The position numbers and the translations under genes are program-made. 64,000 bases of DNA from Bugula neritina (lineage: Eukaryota; Animalia; Bryozoa): positions 9,062,581-9,126,580 of the forward strand of contig OZ037767.1 of the NCBI GenBank assembly GCA_964035545.1, in the 5' to 3' direction. The notes under the pieces were generated by a model that saw only the letters and a program-made list of their open reading frames with translations, ran no database searches and was not told where the DNA came from. Each line of letters starts with the position of its first letter. The stretch's first letter is position 1. Positions 49,201 through 62,403 of this stretch are shown here, one piece after another.

Positions 49201-52200
49201 ATTTCCACACACCATTATTTCATTCTCCCACCTCACCATTCTTTCTACCCCACCCTAAACCCTTGTAGATCTCAGGTAGGTAAAGCAAAGCATTATTAAC
49301 AGTGTTATTTTATTCCTCTATTTCAATCGTCTTGCAACTACAATCTGGTGATAGAAACTTTGGTTTCTCACCACATTCTCTTAGTCTGCAGCCTCACTTT
49401 GATTGCTCCTTTAGCCTCAGTAGTCAAATCACTTCCTGTTTGACCTTGACATATTCTTTGACTCTTGAGGCTATGCCTGGCTGCACCTCCTCGTACTCTG
49501 CCAGACATCCTTTAATCTTTAGTTGATGCATAGATTGTGCTGTAGCATGAATACATGGTTTTGTTGACTGCAATACTAGTGTCAGTAATGATGCAATACT
49601 AGTGTCAATACTGGGTACATCTAATATATAAATAGCAGGTGAGGTCTCTCAGGATTACAAAGTTACATATTATTTCTGTGCACAGTTCACCAATTTCTCC
49701 TCTTGTGTTGTGCGTAGAGTCTGATGGAGCCACTCTGGCAACTATTGATAAAGTGATAGTCATAAGAAACAAGAAGCGGGAAGGGCTAATTAGGTCAAGG
49801 GTCAAGGGCGCTGACAGCGCTACTGGGAAAGTGCTGACCTTTTTGGATAGTCACTGTGAGTGTAACGAGAAGTGGCTGGAGCCGCTGCTTTCCCGGGTTC
49901 ATGAGGTAAGATGTCTTCAGCAGCCATTGTTGTACATGCTGCGGCGCTGAAATTGAAGATGATTTCCTTTTATTGGAGTCATTTTACTTCATTTAATACA
50001 CACCAGCAAATTAGGGCTGAAAATTGAACTTTTGGTATTTTGAGTTTTAGTATACTGTTTTTAATTATATATATTAGGAACAATGAAAATGATCTTGCAA
50101 CAATAAATCGTAATGTCATTACCATAACTGCAAAGCGGAAATTTATTTCTATTGGGCACACCCATCATTAAAATTTTTAAAACTATCATTTTAATCATTC
50201 TATTCACATCTGAAACATGTTAGTTAAACAGAGGAGAGGTCAATTTATTTAGCTCTAGTGTTGATGTATTCCACAAGTTGGACTTCCTGTAAAACACGAC
50301 AATATGTGATGTGGTAGCAGTAGGTTACTGCTCGTGAAGGCTATTAGGCTTATATTATGGCCGCAAGAAGGCTTAGCTCAACAGACACACCGAGTGATGT
50401 ATTCAAATGCTTCCGCTGTGACCGCATATGCAGATCACTGATAGGACTCAGAAGTCATCAAGCTACTCACAAACAGCTGTTTGCAGACATCATACTCTAC
50501 TTAGAGGGATAGCAAAGAGAGAGAGAGAGACTATTAGTATTAGTATTACTATTAGTATTACTCACTTAGAGGAATAGCAGAGAGAGTGAGGGGGAGGGAG
50601 AGAGAGAGAGGGGGAGGGGAGGGGAGGGAGAGAGAGAAAGGGGGAGAGGGAGAGGGGGGAGAGGGAGAGGGAAAGAGAGAGAGATTATTGCTACCACATT
50701 ACAACGTTGTGTAGTTTATGTTCTATTTGAAGGATTAAAGGGTTTAGTGTTTGTGGGTTGTCAAATAGGTTTCATAGAATGATATGGTTCATTGGTTTGA
50801 TAGTTTAATGCCATTTACTAACTGTTGTGCAAAAGTCATTATGAAAACTTACATTATGGCTAAAAGTGTACCAAAAAATGTAGAAAATAAGTGAACTTTA
50901 CTAGGTATTTAATTATTTGGTTTTATCTGTTAACACTACATTAATTTTGGGCAAAAAATAGATATATTAGCAGCTAGAATTTTATTAAATGGGCAAAAAC
51001 TGAAGAAACACAATGTGTACTAAATTGAGTAAATTCACTCATAAAGTTGTGTTGCTGTTAAAAAATAGTTTATACTCTAATCAGAGGTTTCTAGTTTGTT
51101 GAAAGTGTTAAGACCTAAAATGTATATATAACAGCTAATTTATTATATCCACCACTGCTGTTTATATTATATATCCACCACTGCTATTTATATTATATAT
51201 CCACCACTGCTATTTATATTATATATCCACCACTGCTATTTATATTATATATCCACCACTGCTATTTATATTATAAAAAACTCACCCAAGTTTATAGTCA
51301 CTATACCTGAGAAAATCCCCTGATGAAAGGGTTTTTAGAGCGGGCTAAGGACTTATTCATATGTGGCACAGGAGCAATTAGGAATTGTTGCTCTTTCCAA
51401 CGGCAACATTGTGCTCAAACCACGGATCTTGTGTTTACTAGGCTATTACTCTAGCTATTACACCATGACTGCTCCATACTTCCATTTATATCATGCTGAT
51501 GCTATATTTAGAACCGCAAGGCAGTTGTCTCCCCTGTGATTGATGTCATCAGCATGGATACATTCGCATATGTGGCAGCTGCTAGCAACTTGAAAGGAGG
51601 GTTTGACTGGAACCTGGTGTTCAAATGGGACAGCATGACTAAGCAGGAGATGGCAGAGAGAGCTAAGGACCCACTGTCACCCATCAAGTAACTTCTTTCT
51701 GTCATATGAGTTGTGATGACATTTGCTTGCCTAAAGTGTATAGTCTAGTATAGTATAGTACAGTATAGTATAGTATATTACAGTATAGTATAGCACAGTG
51801 CAGTATAGTAGAGTATAGTAGAGTATATTATAATATAGTGCAGCTGACTTCAATGCTGACACTAAAGGAATACACAAGTTTTATATTTCAAAGAATCAAA
51901 GTGCTTTGTTCTAGTATTTTCTAGTACTTTTCATAATAAAGCAACTTTGAAGGATTGGCATAGAGAAATAGAACAAGAAAGTGTAGCCATTCCATGAAGA
52001 CATTGTTTAGTGTTGATGTACCACTGTGTGGTGTTGTAGGACTCCACTGATAGCTGGTGGACTGTTCAGCATTGAAAGGAAATGGTTCTATGACGTTGGT
52101 AAATATGATATGCAGATGGAAATCTGGGGCGGAGAGAATCTAGAAATTTCTCTTAGGATTTGGCAATGTCACGGTTCACTGGAGATTCTACCGTGTAGTC

Positions 52201-55200
52201 GAGTGGGTCATGTTTTTCGTAAGCAGCACCCTTACACATTCCCCGGAGGCAGCGGCAATGTGTTTGCAAAGTAAGCAAGTCAATTGAAACTTATTACTCA
52301 TATAAAGATAAAATTTCTCTTGCAAGATATTTCTATTTGCTATTTCAGTATTGTGAGGTGTTTGCAGTCTTAGTGAGGTTTTCACTACTGAGTAAAGTGT
52401 GAATACAAATTTCTACTGTAGAAACACTCGTCGAGTGGCTGAGGTTTGGATGGACTCGTATAAAGAGAATTACTATAAAGCTGTCCCGTCAGCTAGATAT
52501 GTTAAATATGGAAAGTAAGTGTTTCGCAAGATTTCTCTTTACTGTCACATATTACTGCACTGTTGATAGCTCTATCAATCTGCTAGGTAGTTTATTATAG
52601 CACCACTTGTTATGGTAGCTACTTATACAGTTTTCAAGTATCATTACAGCTTGGACTTTCAGAGCAATGTGCAGCTTTTTCTCTGTCTGACGATGAAGCA
52701 GTAAATTGATATCAATATGATGCATGACTTCATAAAATATATTATTTCATGAAAGGTAGTAATGTTGTCACGCCCAACTATAATTGTTAAGAACTTGGTG
52801 CTATTATTTTAAAAATATTGCAGGTTTAAGTGAAATACTCGCATGTATGTTTTAAATGTGTGTCTGAGGATTGGTTGGGTTTAAATGGACTTTTCTCTGT
52901 CCACAGCTCCTGTATTTTAGGGGGATCTGGTTTATGTACTTTTTGGTTTTTGAATTTCAGTGCCTAGTGAAGCTCATCTTGTTATAATAAGTGTATATCC
53001 TCTTCAATTTTTAAGCTTCACTTGTTTATGAACTTTAGTATTATGGAGAGGAAACAACTTCGAGAGAGGTTGAAATGCCAGCCTTTCCAATGGTACCTGG
53101 ATACAGTATACCCAGAGTTGAAGTAAGTTACTTAGTCTCATTACTTAGTCAATCTGCATGTCAACCCAATCCCTTGTCTCCACATAATCCACCAGCTGCC
53201 AAATATCACAAATTATTGATTATAATCAACATGACTAACACTAATGTAATAATCAAATCCATGCTTCAATATACTATGTAATATATTCTCTAACTTCTAC
53301 TCAGTACTCACTACATCTGGCCTTTCATCAGTTGCCATCCTCGATAGTTGGGCTGGATCAACTGCCAATCTGATAACACATGCTCTTGCGATTATAACAT
53401 TGAAATCTCCGTTACCCTAAACCTGACTTTCTCATTCTACACAGTTCTATATATTCAAATAGCTTCTCGCAAACAAAATTGTGAATGTTCTATGAACCTT
53501 GCATTGCAAAGTTGGTCAGAATTAATTCTTAATTTAATTAAATTCCAAATTTCTCTAGGATTGGTCACAATTAATTTTCAATTTATGAAAAATGGAAAGA
53601 AATTTGCTATAAAAACATTGTACAATAAAAACATGAAATGTACAAGTTAAACTGTGGTGAGCAAGAATGAATATTTTCAACTAAGTTCCAAGTCACTACT
53701 GTTTAATAGCACTGTTTCAGCGTTACATTTTTAAATGAAGAATAATGTTCAGAAAAATTTCTTCAATGTTGCTACCTGATAAATGCTGTTTGTTTACAAC
53801 TTGGCATAGGGTTGCTATGACTACCATTTGATTTTCTTTCTGTTTTAACATCCCTCAGTTTAGTTTATCAACCCATCTGTGCATAGATAAAGACAATCAA
53901 CTATATATTTTTTATAACCACTGCTACGCATGTCTATTTTAAGATATCATTGCAAACATTGAAATTGCACCAACTTTATTGCTGCCTTTTTGATCTGTCA
54001 GACTTATCAGGTGATGATTACTGCTAACCTGCTAGTGGCTTACTGTGCGTAGTAGAACTATCAGTGCTAATGTGTTTGTTGGTGATTGGTTTACCCACTG
54101 TTTTGTTTGTAGGCTGAAGACTTGAAGCTGCCTCATCCACCCTACAAACTGCTCATCACCTTATATTATGTTCTATGTGATTGATCACTCGGTCTCTTTC
54201 TTAAATTGCCTTTTTTAGTCTATATACTTTATATTAGAAGTCAATTACCACATTTCTATTACAAATAATTCTGTGTTTGATATGATTATTAACTCAATTA
54301 TATAGATCGAACATACATTTGATTTTAATTGATTTGATTTGCTCCGCTTTACCTTCAAAAATATAGTCATTATTTATTTTAACATTTTACTCCTGGACAT
54401 GATTTTTTTATTATTTTACTAGCTCTCATTTTTTGGATATGATTTCAATGATGCCATTAAGGTGCTACAATACTCTTTAGCCATATGTTAATCTATGTTA
54501 TGCTAAATACATTTACTAAATACTTTAAAACAGGGCTTGGGCACATTTTATAGGTTATTAAATTGTGTGTGTTTTTTATATTATATATATATACACAATA
54601 CATTTGTTATAGCCAATTTGGAGTTTGTTGGTTTTGTTTATCATTTAGAAGTGTAAAGAAATCGCCGTATGTCTAATGAGTAATGCTTTCTGCATACAAC
54701 ATTGAATATATTTCAGTCTGTGATTGTAGCACCATGTTTAGATACCAGACATACAACCCTACTGGTACTGTTATCATCTCTAATCGATTTCGATTTGTTT
54801 TGGTTGTTTTTCAAAAAGTTTAAGTCAACTCATCTGTAATGGCTGTTCCCTGTTTAAAAAATCTTCTATTTTTCTGTGTAGACGATCTATTCACAGCACA
54901 AAGACTGGTAAACTTTCGCCTGATGGAATGCAGTGCGTACAGATGAGTAGGAGCAGCTTAATCAAGATGGCCGACTGTGATGAAAGTGAGTAACAAAACA
55001 GGCTGGCATCACGTAATTGCTGTGTTTAATGTATGTTATGTTTATATATATACACACACGCGCACGCATATATTTACATATACATATGTATGTGTGCGTT
55101 AGTGTGTATACATGTATGCACACACATTGCTGTGCTATGTAGGTGACAGCCAGCAGTGGAAATATAACAGTGACTTTCAGCTACGGCAAGGCGACCTCTG

Positions 55201-56170
55201 CCTGTCTATTGTGGAGGAAGGCGCAGCACCTGCAGTACACGCTGATAAATGTGATGAGAATTCAGAGCTGCAGGTAAAATATTTACAGGTGCTATATTCT
55301 AGTTACGCAGGCTTGAAGCTCGGGAGCCGAAAAGTGGCTGTCATTTTGATTTGTAGTAGAACTCTATGCAGGTGGCCGTTTTCTCATTTCTCTGCTTCAT
55401 TTTTGTCTTCCTTAAAAAATCTTCCAAAGTAAGTCGAATTAGTTTCAATGTCAGCCAGCACTGTAGCAGTCGTATTGACATGTGGCAAAGCTGGGTGCAT
55501 TATATGTATAATACAGTTTGCATGGTAGTATGTTGATGAGAAAGCTGATAGGTGAGAAATGTGTGCAGCTTTTCAAGTCTACTTTATTATAGCTATAATT
55601 GATGTAGAGTTAGGCAAAAACCCACGGAAGTTTATAGTCACTATCCCTGTGAGAACCTCTGTTGGAAAGTGTTTTTTGAAGCAGGCTAAGGACTTATTCA
55701 TATGTAACACAGACACCATTGTGACTGAATGCTTTTGTTAACATTACCAATGGTCTTTACTAGGGTTCGAACCTATGGCTTTGTGTTTACTAAGCCATCG
55801 CTTTAACCTCTAGACCATGGCTATTCTCTAGTTGTACATAAAGTTAGTAGATGTGTTTCTATTCTTCCCAATATTTTGTGGTATGTTATCGTTCACTGGT
55901 TAACTGGAGGGTAATATCCCTGGAATCTCGGGTCCGTGCATATTCATGATGCTCACTACCCTGCTCACTGCTTTTAGTACTAATATCGAAGTGATGTGTA
56001 TATTGCCCCGCACAATTTGATTGTAGAAATGGATAGTTGAAATGGACACTGGCTCAGTACGCCATATTGCACTGGATCTGTGCGTCATCAAACTCTCGGC
56101 CAATAAGCTTTCTCTTACAGACTGTGAGATTGAGTCTCGGGAAATTCTATGGTTTTATGTGACAGAGTAA
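46290..56170 (+). CDS. GALNT2: Polypeptide N-acetylgalactosaminyltransferase 2-like, ~532 aa, 12 exons
   Basis: Exons 46290-46394 ([24 protein letters not shown], signal anchor), 47778-47950 ([14 protein letters not shown]), 48702-48803 ([17 protein letters not shown]), 48964-49031, 49718-49905 (FLDSHCE, DxH), 51512-51687, 52040-52270 (WGGEN; [21 protein letters not shown]), 52422-52514, 53039-53122, 54882-54985, 55143-55273, 56027-56170. Phases are consistent (1599 nt). Confidence 0.9.
50517..50683. repeat. GA-rich low-complexity tract
   Basis: gagagagggggagggag runs. Confidence 0.8.
51139..51273. repeat. 26-bp minisatellite, 5 copies
   Basis: tttatattatatatccaccactgcta; ccacc at 51149, 51175, 51201, 51227 and 51253. 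Confidence 0.9.
51277..51475 (-). mobile_element. tRNA-derived SINE
   Basis: aactcacccaagtttatagtcactat ... catgactgctcc, the reverse complement of the family. Confidence 0.78.
55617..55828 (-). mobile_element. tRNA-derived SINE
   Basis: agtttatagtcactatccctgtgagaac ... gggttcgaacc (B box) ... tctagaccatggc. Confidence 0.78.
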
Positions 56171-56955
56171 TACTTTTTAAGTAACAGCTTCTTTAAGTAA
56201 CACTCTTTTTAGTAGTACTCCATATTAAGTAACACTACTTAAGTTTTTTAGTTACAACAATATATTTATTTTCGAGGCATATTACTACTTAACATTCTAT
56301 CAACTCCCCATCACTTTTTTTAGTTTTCAGCTGTCAAATGTATTGGTTTTTTACTGAACATACTGTCATATAAAATATAAATATTTTGACTCTTAGTTTA
56401 GTCATTTCAGCTGTAGTTAGTGTCATGAGACGACCTTTTGTGGGTGTCTGTAGCTGGAATACCAGAGTCGTGTTCTCGTCTTAAATCGAAATCCATACTC
56501 ATTAGATTACAATGGGGCTCTGCAATGTATAGGCCTGCTATATTATCGTATCAGCAGCTGTCCAATTCAATCTCATTTATTCACTTTACTCACTAACTTT
56601 TACAGAAAGTGGTAATAGTGAAAATATTTCCTACCATTAAGTGCTCTCCGATAGATTATGTCATATAAAAATTCAATTGTAAATGTGATAATTGTTTCTT
56701 ATTGATTTACCATGAAACAATACTAAATTATTTACTGGATGAACTATGATTTAGACTATGTGTATGATGTGCATTCGGTATGTATATTGTCACTGTTATG
56801 GTGATAGCATTGTCTGGCAACAATACCTGTAAATGTGGCTCTTCTGCTTGCTATTGATTTTATACACTCCAACTACACAACTGCATGGGACTACATGAAC
56901 CATGTATTTAAATTGATACACATTTCCATGTTGACTTTTCACATCTTCCTTTGAG

Positions 56956-59900
56956 ATGGGGTGGGGGGTCTCCTATGGTTTATTGTTTTCTTTGCTACGA
57001 ATAAGTTTTACATCTGGTAAGTAAAATATGTTTATTTTTACAAAGTAGTAGTGGTGTTGTTCACCTGCAGATAGAATATATAAGTGTTACAAATGTGGTT
57101 TTAATTAGCATTTTTTGAGGTAAAATGATGAGATTGGTTAACTTTATTTCCCTTGATTTCGTGGAATCAAAGACACAGCAATTCAAATTTCCCTTCACTG
57201 GAATGAAACTGATTTTTCTTAAATTCAGTTGTCAAGCTGATCAACTGGACAATGTCCTACGTACAATCAGCTATGCGCCGTCTACTGTAAGCAACGCAAA
57301 TACCAGAACTCAGATGCATAATAAAAGTTTTAAAATATCAAGCAGTGAATAAGGTGTATCACAGTATTATTGAGGTAGGTGCAGTAATGAAGAAATTGAG
57401 AAAAGCTTGTGTTCTAAATTAAAAATGTAGCAAAAGAATTTCAACCCGCACCCCAAACTAAAATTTAATAATTAAATTGAAGAACTTAAGCTATCTCAAT
57501 TTCTCCACTATTGCTCCTAAATGGTATTATTCTGCAGCAGTTCACAGTTTGACGAATGCAAAGCTTTTGTTTCTATGCCTTGGCTTGTATCTTCATTTCC
57601 TCTGTACAGCTCAATGTGGGAGTCCACAGAGTTTCTCTCATGCTACACCTGAGTCCTCCGACACTTCCTCTCCAGTCGGCACTGAACTGGTTTACCACTG
57701 TGATGCTGGTTATGAGTTCGTAACAGGAAGTAACACACATACAGTAGAATGTTTGGTTGATAATTCGTGGGAAGTTATAACTGACTGCGAGAGTAAGTAT
57801 GAAGGGCAGTGGTGGGTGCTGGCCTCACTTCTCGGGATAATTTGATTATTCACACTTTTTTGCTTGATGACATCATGTGTAGACTTGTTTGCGCTACGAG
57901 TAGACTTATACATACTATTTATCACTGACAGGAGTTTACTGTCCAGTTTTCCCTGGAGATGTAGTCACAGCTCCTAGCAATGCTATTCAGTTTGGGGATG
58001 TGGTAGAACTATCTTGCCCAGACATGAATACGGAGAAACTGGTTGGGGCTAGAATAAATGAGAAGCTTTCTGTGACTTGTACGTCTAATAAAACATGGGA
58101 TAACTGGGATGGTGAGATCACAGATGGCTGCCTTCGTAAGTTTAGTGCATATTGGTACATGTATATATCACATAACTGTATTCACACATATATCATAACT
58201 GCATGAACATATCTTATGCGTGAGATTGAAAATCATTTTATGAGTATGTTATACTACAATGTATTTGTAGAAATGTTGTTATATTAGAACGAAATTAACT
58301 TTACTTTCATACTTACAAAATAAGTAGTATTTTTAAACACATGTCTAACCCATTTGCAATAATATCTATTTGCATTGCGGCTTATTTTTAAGGAGAATGT
58401 AATTCTGAATCATTGATATTTTCAAGTATTGTTTCAATTTAAGGAGCAATCAACTGAATAGTGCAAGAATTCATATCAGCTTGTGGTTTGCAAACATCAA
58501 AGTGAATTACAATTTGTAAAACAGAAAAGTCTGTTTTCATCGCATTTGATACGAGTGTCAGTCTGTACTTTGCAGCCATAGAGTGCGTCAACCCTTTAGA
58601 CGCTCACTCAGTTGGAGACTCGGCTGACACCGCCCGATACACATCTGTTTCCTTCACATGTGATACAGGCTATCTATACTCTGATGGCTCTTCTACAAAG
58701 CTGTTCACATGCAATGCAGACGCTGAATGGGAAAGTGGAGGAACCACCAGCTGGAGCTGCCTTCGTGAGTTCCACTTCTGTGTTCACAGCTCCATTTCTG
58801 ACCAGCCAATCTGTTTGTTCTCACTTAGCTCAAGGCTCAACCAGCTATTAGTTTACCATCTGTTGTAGCTCAAATATGTACGGACCTGCGCAGTATGACT
58901 GCCTTGGAGCATGTAACCTTGGAACCTGACACCAGTCTGGTAGGGGTGGAAGTGACCCTAACCTGCCATACTGGTTATACGTTTCCTGACAGCAGTGTAC
59001 AAGTGACAGCGTTGTGCTATGGTAACCAGACTTGGAACATTCAGCCTGTGGACTGTGAACGTGAGTAGAATATGACAGACCACACTTAAATATGATCTTT
59101 TATTTAATACTTTGATTTTACTTTTAGCAAAAGTTGTATGCATCATGTAGGAGGCTTTATTAACTGTTTGTATATTATGTGTAGATGTGTAGAAATACGT
59201 AACTCTATTACAAGTTGTATTCTGCTGTCACACTCTGATATATAAAGATGCTAAGTGTACTATAAATCACAACATATAATATATCATTGCAGCTAAAATC
59301 TGTCCTGAAATATTCAACGTATCAAATGCCAACGCCAGTACAACTGACAACTGGTATCCTACTCAAGTTAACTTCACCTGCTTTTCATCCTTCACCTTTC
59401 CGGATGGTTCTACAGTCAGATCTACTCAGTGTAACCAGTATGGGAGATGGTCTGATGTCATCCCTCCTTGTGGTGGTGGGTTGTCCCTACTAGTTACAGT
59501 ATTAGTTACTATACAGTATTAGTTAATATCTAGTATTAGTTACTGTTCAGTATTGGTCACTATCTAGTATTAGTCACTATCTATAAGTATCAGTTACTAT
59601 ACAGTATTAGTCACTATATAATATTAGTCACTATCCAGTATCAGTTAATATACAGTGTTGTTTTATCATCTCAAACCCTATGTCTTAGCTCGCATTCTAA
59701 ATTTGTTGATGTCCTATAAATTTGCTGCCACATCTATAGAATAATTTTGTCTAGCAATGTTGAGTAGTCCATCTTTGCTCTAGCCATTGCTCAAAGTTAT
59801 TACCAAATAATACAAATCCAATAATTGTTATTGAATATCTCTATTGCTATTTGTAGCCCTTAACACTGATGGACTTGCTAAGAGTTTGATTTTTAGTAAT

Positions 59901-62313
59901 ATTTTTTAGTTCTTGTGTCATTTTAAGATACTAAATTATGCAAAGAAAACACAGATTGCCAATAAAATTCCTTTAAACTTCAAGAAACTCAAATAACTTT
60001 ACATGCTCGAAAATCGATACGTGATTTTTATTTATTATTGTTTTTTAGAAGTTTGCTTAATATATGCAACAACACTTGACTTGCCTACTTTTCATTATCT
60101 ATGTGCGATGTGTTCCTAAAATTCGACCTCATTTCAAACTGGCGCAGTCTTTAAATATTCTTGATTTGCGTAATAAAACATTCAGTACTTCCATTTAGAA
60201 ACATCATTTCCTGTTCTATTCATGCAGATACCGTCAAGATCGATAACGGGTTTGAAGAAGTTTCAGTGAATGCCAAAGGAGCTCAGTCGTTTGGCATCGT
60301 AGCGCTGTCCATCATTGGAGTCATCATTGCCTTGCTCGTAGCTGCTGACGCACTCACTTTTGGCATGCAGATAGCCGTCTTGAAGGTGCGCAGCAGATTT
60401 TCTGTCAGAAGTTTACTTGCAAAAGCTACTAATGTGATTTTACTAATAATAAATTTTGAGATTTCGCTTGAAAGTTTTACACAGAGCTAACTTTTATTGT
60501 GTAACTTCAGGAAAATTTGAAGTATTGGCAGAAGAAAGATGATGACTTAGTATCTCTGGATGGGGAGGAAATGATGAGAGCCTCAACTGTTAGTTTAGGT
60601 AACTTTGTTGAAGTCTGTGGGAGACAACTTCTATACAGTTTGATGTGCTATATTTACTGCCCTTCCAAGCTTTGCATTATGCGAATGGATTTTTATAAAT
60701 TCGGCGTTTGGAAAAATTGCCTGGAATAGAACCACAATCATAGGTTCATCTGCAACCAGGAATTCATCCATAAGAGCGTCTATTCACATAATGTGAAGTA
60801 ATGGACAGCAGTTATTGTGGCTATATAATATATTAACTGGGATAAATCGTGCTCAGTAAATTTTACATTGTTGTTTAGGAAGTTTTATTTTGATCTATCT
60901 TTATAAATTATTATATAATAATATTTTTTCTTCGGTTGGCCATTGACTATAAAAATTCAGTCCCTTTCAGTATATTTAAGGTTACAAATACACAATAAGT
61001 TCAGAGTGTTTATGCAGTGTATAGTTTTTGCCTAAGTTTGATATCTTCAAAATACTTGAATATTTTATACATGAAAGGGAAACATTGATCTGGATCTAGT
61101 ATAATATGTATAGAGTAAACAAATAATAAGCTTATTGCTTGTTCTTTGAAGGAAGAGGTAGGATTACTCCTGCTGCCAGTACTGTAGACCTTCAGTATCC
61201 GGAGAAGTTTACGAGAGACAACAAGTTATCTAACCCAGTGCAGGAAGTAGAGATTGTGAATGAAGAGAGACTCGACACGGAAGTAGTAGGAAAGAAGAAC
61301 CTGATACCTCGAACAAGGTAAGCTCCTTCGATATACTTTGCTATTTGTACACTCGGGTAATACTTCTTTTTTGTTTATTATACAGTAATGCATTATTATA
61401 AGTTTATAATATTCCAAGTTGATATCTGAAAACATTTAGGTTTCTTGTCTTACATTTGAATTTGCTACTTATTTACAAGTTCCTATAAGTTACTACAATT
61501 AAGCTGTAAATAATATGTCTGCTGTTCCTGTAAAGTTACATCAGTCAAAAAATACACTCTATCATATTTTATTACATAAGAAGAATGTGTTTAAAAATAA
61601 ATTTCAGCAAAGTTTTTTTAGTAAAAGTCTTGTGAAACATTTGTCTTATAGATTATGAAGTTAAGTATCTATTGTGTTTATTTAGATGTAAAAATGAACA
61701 ATTGAACAGCTGGCAACTTAATGTTTTATTAAGTTATATCTTTAATAGTGAGCTGTGGTTACAAGCACCTAGTAGTTATCTGTTCTTTGTCTACGCAGAT
61801 GTAGAAAGCTCATATTTAAAGCTGCACTAATTGTAAAGCACTGTACTATGTCACAACTAAACAATGGTGTTGAAACTCATGTTTTCTTATTTTTAAATAA
61901 TTTAGATTTTTTTCAATAGAAATATTTGGTTATATAAGTGTCATCCATGATGATGAAAATTACCATATTAGGTATTAACACTCACTACCAGTAAATAAGA
62001 GCAATAAAAACACAGATGCTTCTGGTGTAGGTTCTAATACAAGCTCATAGTTAAATATTATACAGTTAGTACAGTTTGTAACTTTTAAGCCACTTGATGA
62101 AGAGTGCCTTGATATACTATTAAGATCTTTTTATAACAGAATAAAATCAGCCAAGGTATTGTAAAGAACAATGTTGTATATAGCTCCATTTCTGTGCAGT
62201 AACCACACTTGGCTCTGTTGTCTTGTATCACGTGTTTAGCTGCAATAATGCTTTCTGACCTGCAGGTATATGTCTGAGGTATGCCTGTGAGAGGTTGAGA
62301 TTATGTAACTACG

Positions 62314-62403
<90 letters not shown>

